Source of the DNA: Prorocentrum cordatum
Taxonomy: Eukaryota
Length of the DNA stretch: 64,000 nucleotides
NCBI GenBank assembly: GCA_963575745.1
Contig: CAUYUJ010000001.1
Coordinates: 1,116,001 to 1,180,000, forward strand
Direction of reading: 5' to 3'
Shown: piece by piece, positions 59,101 to 64,000 of the stretch
Layout of the letters: every line of letters begins with the position of its first letter
How positions within the stretch are numbered: position 1 is the stretch's first letter
Program-made: the position numbers and the translations under genes
The notes under the pieces: generated by a model
Databases searched by the model: none
What the model was told of the DNA's origin: nothing
What the model saw: the letters and a program-made list of their open reading frames with translations, nothing else

Positions 59101-62100
59101 GGACCTGACAATCGTGGTGGAGCATACACGCTCGAGGACTGGAAGGACTGGGCCAGGAACGACTACCAAAGCTACCTCAGCGCAGTAAAGAAAGCTTGCC
59201 AACGAGGCAAAGCCCGCCAGTACGATCACGACTACCAAGCTCGATGGCGGCTACGACCCCAACGGTGGACCAACACGGAAGCCATCTCGCCCTTCCCAGA
59301 CCAGCACTTTGAGCAGCAGCGCAAGTACCTATGCTACCGCTGCGGACGTACTGAAGCCAGCGCAGCAGTGCTACGAGCACACATCACCAAGGACCACACC
59401 TCGTCGGGTCATCCTATCTCGTGGGCAATTGGTTCGGTCTGCTACGGATGCGGCATGGATTACCACACTACAAACAGGCTGGTCAAGCACTTGCTGAGAG
59501 TGCGCAGGTGCGCTCGACATTGGCGAAAGACACGTCCAGCAATCCTCAGCAAAGCCGAGCTGCAGCACAACCAGCAAGTGGTGCGCGACCAGCAGCAGGC
59601 GAACAGAAGGGCGGGCAGGCCCATCGACTGGGCAGAGAAGCCTGCAGTCCCTGCTCGTCCTCCAGAAATACATACGGACGAGGACAGCGACGACAGCAAC
59701 GGCGGCCACTACGAGAGCCTAGAGCTCCCCTTCATCGAGGAGCCACCACCGCCGCCAGCTGCTGTACCCAGGCCCAGGCCAGCTCGGACGCTATACGTGC
59801 TGCATTTATTCAGCGGCCGTCGCCGAGAGGGAGATGTTCAGGATTGGTTCGACCGTCTCAGCAGTCGGGCTTCCTGCGACATACACATGCTCAGCCTGGA
59901 CATCGCCAACGACCCGACCTTCGGCGACCTGACTTCAGAAGTCGCAGTCAGCAAGTGGCGAGACATGGCACAAGCAGGGAGGATTGCAGGAGTCATCGGC
60001 GGACCACCGTGCGAGACCTGGAGCCGAGCGCGCCACCTGCCCCCCAATGACTGCAGGGGTCGCCCACCAAGACCCCTAAGGAGCAGCAACAGCTTGTGGG
60101 GCCTTCGCTACCTTTCCCGTCCAGAGATGGAGCAAGTAGCGATAGGCAACCGCCTTTACAGGACACAGCTGGAGCTCATGTACATGTGCCTCAACATTGG
60201 AGTCCCAGGCATGCTCGAGCACCCGTGCGAGCCCACCGAGGAGCACTTCGCCAGCTCCTGGAAGCTCCCCGAGACGCGCCACCTCCTGAACCAGCAGGGA
60301 GTCGAGCTGATCACATTCGACCAGTGCACCTGTGGAGCGCGTTCGAGGAAGTCCACAAGCCTGCTGGCGGTATCCCTACCAACCCTCCCAGCAGAAATCA
60401 GCAGATTGCCTGGAGGCGGGAGGTGCTTTCACACGGCCTCCTACCATGCGGAGCTGGCAGGCATCAACGACGACGGCCAGTGGCGCACCGCGGCGGCCAA
60501 GGAGTACCCGAACAGGATGTGCCAGGCCATCGCGACCGCACTGGCGAAGCAGATAAGGTGGCGCTTTGGCGAGTCGCCTAGCGACGTCCACGGGTGGCAC
60601 ATCGACGACGACGTGGCCCACTTCTTCCAGCCGCTCGACCGCTACAAGACCAGGGAGATGGGTCAGGACTACCATCGTGGCCCAGCGAGGCGAGGGGGCC
60701 CACCGACCTGGTTGGAAGAGGCAAGGGAGTGGGCCCTGCAGGACCGACCCGACAAGGCAATGGACAGGACCACCAACTCGACAGGAGCTGTTCGGGCACA
60801 GGCTGACGACGCGGATCGCGACGAAGTGCCCTGACGACAAGTACAAAAGGATCAGAACGCAAGTCCTGAGGAAGCCCCGAGCGCGAGGGAATACCTCAGG
60901 CTACGTCGCCAAGTTTTGCACAAGTCGTCAGGACGCAAGTCTTGGGGAAGCCCCGAATGCGAGGGAACACCCCAGGCACACGTCGCCACGTTTTGCAGCA
61001 GTGACGGACACGGCCGCCGTTCAGCCAGGGCTCAGAGGTACCAGCCAGATCCCCAACTGCACCAAGTACGAGTCAACGCTGCCCTGGTGAGGCAAGGATC
61101 AAACTTCGAGACGGGCTCGAAGGGCGGGGGGGCAGGACGAGGACTGCCCGCGTCTACCAGGGGGGATGGTGAGGGGCAGGGGGGGGGCAGGACGAGCACT
61201 GCCCGCGCCCCCGCGGTCCGCCCTAGCTCGCCACCCCCACCATTCCCATGGCGGAGATGGAGCTCCCGAGCGCCCAAGGGCGAAGCATAGGGCAGCGTTG
61301 ACCTTCCTCATCGACAGCAGAAGAATCACTGGGCCTGGGGTTCGCCCCCACCGAGGGCACTGTGACCCCTAGCCATAGCGGGACGAGGTAGGGCCGCCAT
61401 GAACCCTACTTGAAGTCGGTGCATGGAGGCCTGAGTGCGCCCACAATCTATTCCACCTACCAGCAACAAGCCGACCCCCAACGACCTCTAACCAGCACGA
61501 CAAGTACCTCATCGGCTGAGACGAGTACCAGGAGCCTGGGTCCAATACATGACTGGTACGAGGGCCACACGGATGGGCAGAGCAGAGTCGACAACAATTG
61601 CGACCAGCATGACTGAGTCGAGTATCACAAGCTCGAGGGCGACAGTACTACGCTCTACTACAAGACCAACGACCACCGAAGTGGCCCAGAGAGGAGGCCG
61701 AGTCGTCGGGGTTGGTCACTGCTGAGTCAACCAGAGTTACCTCGACCAGCACGGCTGAGTCGAGTATCACGAGATCGAGGGCAACATAATCAGGCAGTAC
61801 CTCAAGGTGTGGACTACCGACGTGTCCATCGAGGAGGAGGGCTTCCCCGACCTCGCTGACGAGGCGAGGGAGTGGGCCGCCAACACCGTCCTCGACAAGA
61901 GCCAGGGTAGGACCACCAGAACGGCGAGTTCTGAGAGGGCGCGGAGCTCGGGGCTCGTGAGCCGCCGACGGCGCCTGAAGGGGCCGCGACAACGGGGCCC
62001 CTAGGGACCGTAATTTGGTGCCTCCCCCTTACCCCCAGATCGCTCTCACCCAGGCCTGACCCAGGGATCCTTCACCGTAGGCCTTCTGGCTCTGGAGGGG

Positions 62101-63160
62101 TTAGGGGGAGGTACACCAGGTGGGCCTTCTGCCCACCTGGTCCCAGCGCCTGTGCGCTGCCGCCCAGGCAAGGATAAGCTGCTGGACAGGGGCGGATATC
62201 CTGGGCGGCAGCGCGACGGGCCACATCCCAATTCGGCATCTCGAGGCAGTCCGAGGCTCCTCCCTTTTCCTTCCCTGCGTATCCCTTCGTTGCCCTTCCT
62301 CCCCTTCTCTCGGAGGCCTTCGGACTGCCACCTGGCTCGCAGGCTTGCCTAGGCCTCGCCCCCCCCGCTTCTCCTCCGCCCCGTCATCTGGGAGGCCTCC
62401 TTCCTCTCTCCCTGGGCGGGCCCCCCCCCCAGCGCCGAGGGCGCCAGCGTGTCGGCCGCGCGCGCGGCCAGGCATGGGCGCAACGGCGCCCCCGATGCGG
62501 CGCAGGGAGCACCCTCATGCCGCGGCAAATAGCGGAAATAGCGGAGCAGGAGGACGAGGAGGGGGAGGAGGGGGAGGAGGGGAAGGAAGAGGACGAGGAG
62601 GGGGAGGAGGGGAGGAGGAGGATGATGGACGACAATGGGAGGACGATGATGGAGGCCGATGAGGGGGAGGACGACAATGGGAGGACGATGATGGAAGGAC
62701 GAGGGGGGGAGAGGGAGGACGAGGAAGAAGAGGAGGACGACGATGACGATGAGGACGAGGACGAGGACGAGGAAGAGGAGGAGGAGGAGGAGGAGGAGGA
62801 GGAAGAGGAGGAGGAGGAGGAGAGCGCCATCGACAGGGAAGGTGGGGGCCACGAGGTCCGCCGGCTCGACGACGCCCGCGTCGCCCGCGCCCGCCCCCTC
62901 ACTCTTTTCCGCAATTGCGGGGTGCTACGTAGGGGAATCCTGGGACTTGTATCGATTTGTTTGTGTGTCCCTGGGCCCCATTCATGTCTCCCCCTTTGGC
63001 CCGACCCGACCTTGGCCCCCCTCCGGGGGGTGCGCCAGCAGGCGCAGCTCGGCCTCATCGGCCGCGGCGCGGGCCAGCTGTCCCCGAGGCCCCCCGCCGA
63101 AGCGCCGCCGGGGCGCTCGGCGTACCCGCGCCGCGCGCGCCAGGGCTCGACGGCGCCATG
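45640..63160 (-). CDS. Possible minus-strand multi-exon gene hosting the LINE in an intron (not resolved)
   Basis: Unique coding-like islands at ~45640-45800, 46020-46110, 48105-48250, 49200-49275 and 63030-63160; no domain recognised. Confidence 0.2.
48461..49180 (+). repeat. CCCGCGACCCAC minisatellite followed by ~5 copies of an ~90-bp unit; shares its left flank with 12810-12980
   Basis: Direct inspection; the unit contains GTACAAACCA...GCGCCTGCGGCGGG. Confidence 0.85.
49419..49430 (+). repeat. Left target-site duplication of the LINE (GGAGCAGGAGGA)
   Basis: Identical 12-mer at 62543-62554. It contains the non-repeat triplet GCA, so it is not just microsatellite sequence. Confidence 0.8.
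49431..49447 (+). other. Relic dinoflagellate spliced-leader-like sequence at the LINE 5' terminus
   Basis: AGCCATTTGGCCTCTTG matches the DinoSL 3' part AGCCATTTTGGCTCAAG at 13/17 ungapped positions and starts immediately after the TSD. Confidence 0.55.
49800..53532 (+). CDS. LINE ORF1: Gly/Arg-rich N-terminus, poly-Q, long coiled-coil, acidic/Pro-rich tail; one frameshift at ~52341-52346
   Basis: ATG at 49800 ([17 protein letters not shown]...) in the frame of ORF 49437..52514, with long E/Q/A/L/R helical content. Removing one G from the G6 run at 52341-52346 joins it to ORF 52372..53532 ([18 protein letters not shown]). Confidence 0.72.
53555..58660 (+). CDS. LINE ORF2, 5' part: RNase H, apurinic-type endonuclease, reverse transcriptase
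   Basis: RNase H motifs IYTDGS, TAELTA, D, HINSH..NELAD (~55124-55575). APE motifs [34 protein letters not shown] (~55793-56597). RT motifs [31 protein letters not shown] (58349-58360). First in-frame ATG after the ORF1 stop is at 53555. Confidence 0.95.
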   Translation: MHDRIHCQEAADESNRAEHDGCGLSSRSPISSTASISWAALGRAAGAQSPQHGSGVLHYDARPTHHQRPESTAGPGVICDSRLVTKRPAEIATVSHTRSGSPRSPGSRGATTPSRRATATGIGSGRATPNRSSQQQQRYQSPGSRGANVTPPRPTRGPPAASRGALGGNQGGTLPGRSDASANLSALQVTSHQDGRKDALPAALALSVSPSAIRVHEIENVERTFLDGQNSTGSEAEDGMEQCYEERKQARAVAAFRSAQRRARRARRAAESHSRRDNGSTHNKYHALVVDPDPTDPAAHPASPVAPVPTDPNSSPRPNRWKPTLPSASARSHHGTGATNHPDALDGEPYRLRDSMLHAQSREPLFSEAARAGSDNLNYDEGSQMPSLPPVKRSAPQAGAISLAPPTCSATSQQSPARITTTQGPTLQGMELAPDDDIEYSPEYVSAERARRGRRQRQLPTTAAPERGQTAVLPVLSQDPVAETLRGRGRVNVCADVDTTTLHNMARMALEICPSRELPTRRTHIYTDGSYNGIPHTAAWAVVIVDEYDDGRNSRGPFGFQGFIAGKVTESLDDMANNEKVTAYTAELTAVLWALMWALGQDTAAPIEVTPDALNVINLAKGEAQCHVHPRLGAAIRTLAGLLQQARPTQWHHINSHIGHPWNELADGIADLASASDLVDPNIAAVQAIAHNKFLPWEWLRSEPDAVKSAYPPLRNQDFIIEATQPQAAPGAIQRPISTTTIKADLNVNLCTYNCRSLKAAVSFKSGKGKAAGKSKQSLSKVTHLAAQFADMGLHVVALQETQSEGDVRNVGEYVCYSSGHTQQNRGCDIWLNVSQPISASGAAKYLSAKHTLVLHQHDRLLIIKTRVAGTDMVIASAYAPHEDSHAAEKREFWESAQRLSAKYRVDIFMGDLNGRIGDYESPGVGTSGYPEATNGNGKHIISFAADTNMEVINTTRDPGNNSFTHVGSKGQHHRIDYILLSSSIAPYVASCSTEPGLDRGTAAQDHIPVLATLKWAVCKTTKASGPRPDLTNLNNDVAKASFKEILKQAPIIPWEVDVNTHCEEVTRVVNDAAIQAFGKAVKAARKPYVTKTTMGLIRARRLTLRVHRALLRGEAHDDRPGRLVAHAHSLLGSEVGDSLSLWSRERGDDDGTIHDIHDYAHLLLNWTISPMVYAMAILSFLTRSGPFVASAVEKDRSAFLSRLASTASSASAANDAAAQWKAYRDLLRYGGRKAKFPAGKPMRLDKDGEVIHNSQDMADQELNHFAKIQAGKIVTADDLANKYNHDSKTRPFDGMLDLSMVMPLAVCQAQFAAAKAGTQGGPDGLTNAVLRAAPTEAARLLHPLFTKVATTVREPLSFKGGDLVAIPKGKGDPRYLQVYREILLNNVLGKHHHKYLRAMLNTTLAIALEDIQVGGRPKRGADMAVLAARLFTEGSQAQGKCSMISCYDLKEPFYSVVVQLVHGIPGEEDEVKEVLENLEVPLWAQPQLEHLMANPGILDTVLDGSHLAALIAEGYRNRWTSHRFSQNLMAPHKGTRPGVPLADADFNLLFGRVHRMIDSYLAQRGLRPQGKPLDSSFACDTDPTDGPLQEHEPHGLSFVDDLTGMHVFTSPDHIQYEATGFCEAVYCAASTFGLQLQLTKTKVMIDFSGPGSRQARASFYSNGVPRIEVPLAESYVEVVRHHKLHGTYVTDNASPGWMSQ
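58645..60834 (+). CDS. LINE ORF2, 3' part (continuation after a 1-nt indel): RT C-terminal region, two zinc fingers, C5 cytosine DNA methyltransferase
   Basis: [14 protein letters not shown] is the usual post-RT motif. Zinc fingers: CYRC-x12-H-x4-H (59332-59397) and CYGC...H...C (59440-59511). DNMT motifs: I LHLFSG (59800-59817), IV GGPPC (59998-60012), VI-like EHP (60217-60225), VIII-like Q..G..SRK.T, X-like [13 protein letters not shown]. Confidence 0.92.
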   Translation: MDVAVKVATAATSTRPLHREVHRRSELAIKDKAYLADSVVLSQLLYNASTWPELTAGQARNFNNQYIVNYAAAQRITWKARQKKEVTNTQILEGVDKLPPEIVLRLERLRLCGRCLNWGPLHLRRLLSQAWDGSYGWVALLRRDLDWVRDHTGPDNRGGAYTLEDWKDWARNDYQSYLSAVKKACQRGKARQYDHDYQARWRLRPQRWTNTEAISPFPDQHFEQQRKYLCYRCGRTEASAAVLRAHITKDHTSSGHPISWAIGSVCYGCGMDYHTTNRLVKHLLRVRRCARHWRKTRPAILSKAELQHNQQVVRDQQQANRRAGRPIDWAEKPAVPARPPEIHTDEDSDDSNGGHYESLELPFIEEPPPPPAAVPRPRPARTLYVLHLFSGRRREGDVQDWFDRLSSRASCDIHMLSLDIANDPTFGDLTSEVAVSKWRDMAQAGRIAGVIGGPPCETWSRARHLPPNDCRGRPPRPLRSSNSLWGLRYLSRPEMEQVAIGNRLYRTQLELMYMCLNIGVPGMLEHPCEPTEEHFASSWKLPETRHLLNQQGVELITFDQCTCGARSRKSTSLLAVSLPTLPAEISRLPGGGRCFHTASYHAELAGINDDGQWRTAAAKEYPNRMCQAIATALAKQIRWRFGESPSDVHGWHIDDDVAHFFQPLDRYKTREMGQDYHRGPARRGGPPTWLEEAREWALQDRPDKAMDRTTNSTGAVRAQADDADRDEVP
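62543..62554 (+). repeat. Right target-site duplication of the LINE
   Basis: Follows the (AAATAGCGG)2 tail, overlapping it by GG; the GAG-rich tract resumes afterwards. Confidence 0.8.
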
Positions 63161-63359
63161 ATGAGCCACGGGGTCGTCCTCCTCCTCCTCCTCCTCCTCC
63201 TCCTCCTCCTCCTCCTCTTCCTCCTCCTCCTCCTCCTCCTCCTCCTCTTCCATTTCTTCTCTTTATCAATAATTCTTCCCTGTCGCACCCCGAGGCAAGT
63301 TTTTAGGGCGGTCCGGGCGTTTCGCCTGAGACTTCCTCACCATTTATGACCATGAAGCA

Positions 63360-63775
63360 TTAGAAATTGCAAGAGCTTCACGAATTGAGGGCGGGTGGTT
63401 TTCAAAATGTGGTTCTCGCTTTGGCGCCGCGCACATTCGTTTTGAAAAAGTATAAGAGCTTCACGGGTTGAGTGCGGGGGGGGCCAAAATGTGGTTGTCG
63501 CTTTACCGCCGCGCACATTCGTTTCAAACACTTGCAAGAGTTTCACGGATTGAGGGCGGGTCGTTTTTTTTGAATGCGCCTCTCGCCTTAGCGCCAGGCA
63601 CATTCGTTTAGAAACATTGAAAGAGCCTCACGGATGGAAGGCGGCTCTCTTTCAAAATGTGGTTCTCGCTTTAGCGCCACGCACATTCGTTAAAAAAACT
63701 GCAAAAGTTTCACTGATTGAAGACGGTTCCTTTTCAAAATGTGGTTCTCGCCTTAGCGCCGCGCACATTTTTTTT
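63360..63775 (+). repeat. Tandem repeat, ~83-bp unit, ~5 copies
   Basis: CAAAATGTGGTTCTCGC.TT.GCGCC.CGCACATT recurs at ~63403, 63485, 63653 and 63735, with a degenerate copy near 63570. Confidence 0.85.
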
Positions 63776-64000
63776 TATGGCCAGATTTTCACGGATTCAC
63801 ATGGTCGACGTACCAGAAGTGGCGTTTTGGAAGGATTCGCGACTATGAGGGTCAACAGTTACGATGATTCGCGGTGTTGAAGTCCCAGGCATGGCGTCAT
63901 CCCAGCCCAGGGTCACCGGCAGCGTTCTCGGCCGCCCGAGCCGAAGGGCAGGCCGCCACAGCCATCTGGCCCACCACCAGGGTTCGCCGCGCGCTTGCAG

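Larger units (their letters stand above)
49431..62544 (+). mobile_element. Full-length non-LTR (LINE) retrotransposon carrying a C5 cytosine DNA methyltransferase
   Basis: Flanked by the direct repeat GGAGCAGGAGGA (49419-49430 and 62543-62554) inside a (GAG)n tract. 3' tail is (AAATAGCGG)2 at 62527-62544. Contains intronless ORF1 and ORF2 with RNase H, APE, RT, zinc-finger and DNMT motifs. Confidence 0.93.

Noticed and set aside
62517..63161. Acidic 214-aa ORF at the LINE 3' end
   Set aside because: Translation of the flanking GAG/GAC microsatellite outside the element.
63360..63775. Regularly spaced ~35-bp conserved motif resembling a CRISPR array
   Set aside because: The intervening sequences are homologous to each other (AAGAG.TTCACGG.TTGA), so it is a tandem repeat; no cas genes; eukaryotic context.

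Overview
GC-rich, repeat-dense eukaryotic DNA. GC-AG and GA-AG introns with AG|G junctions, dispersed PPR fragments and a relic spliced-leader motif suggest a dinoflagellate (Prorocentrum-like; inferred). Main contents: (1) A ~13.1-kb, apparently full-length non-LTR retrotransposon (49431-62544, +) inserted in a (GAG)n tract with a 12-bp target-site duplication and an (AAATAGCGG)2 tail. It has a large coiled-coil ORF1 and an ORF2 reading RNase H - APE endonuclease - RT - two zinc fingers - C5 cytosine DNA methyltransferase. Its first bases resemble the dinoflagellate spliced leader. Both frame breaks are single-G indels in G runs. (2) A ~20-exon fibronectin type III repeat gene (~13043-45400, +). 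Many of its introns are hairpin (TIR) elements whose target-site duplication supplies the splice sites (introners), from several unrelated families. (3) A decayed Ty1/copia LTR element (~27018-34072) nested in one of those introns. (4) Two isolated PPR cassettes that begin at the identical sequence CTAGTCAGCTACAGCGCC. (5) Probable minus-strand multi-exon genes on both flanks (low confidence), plus many MITEs, minisatellites and microsatellites. No rRNA, tRNA or CRISPR array was seen.
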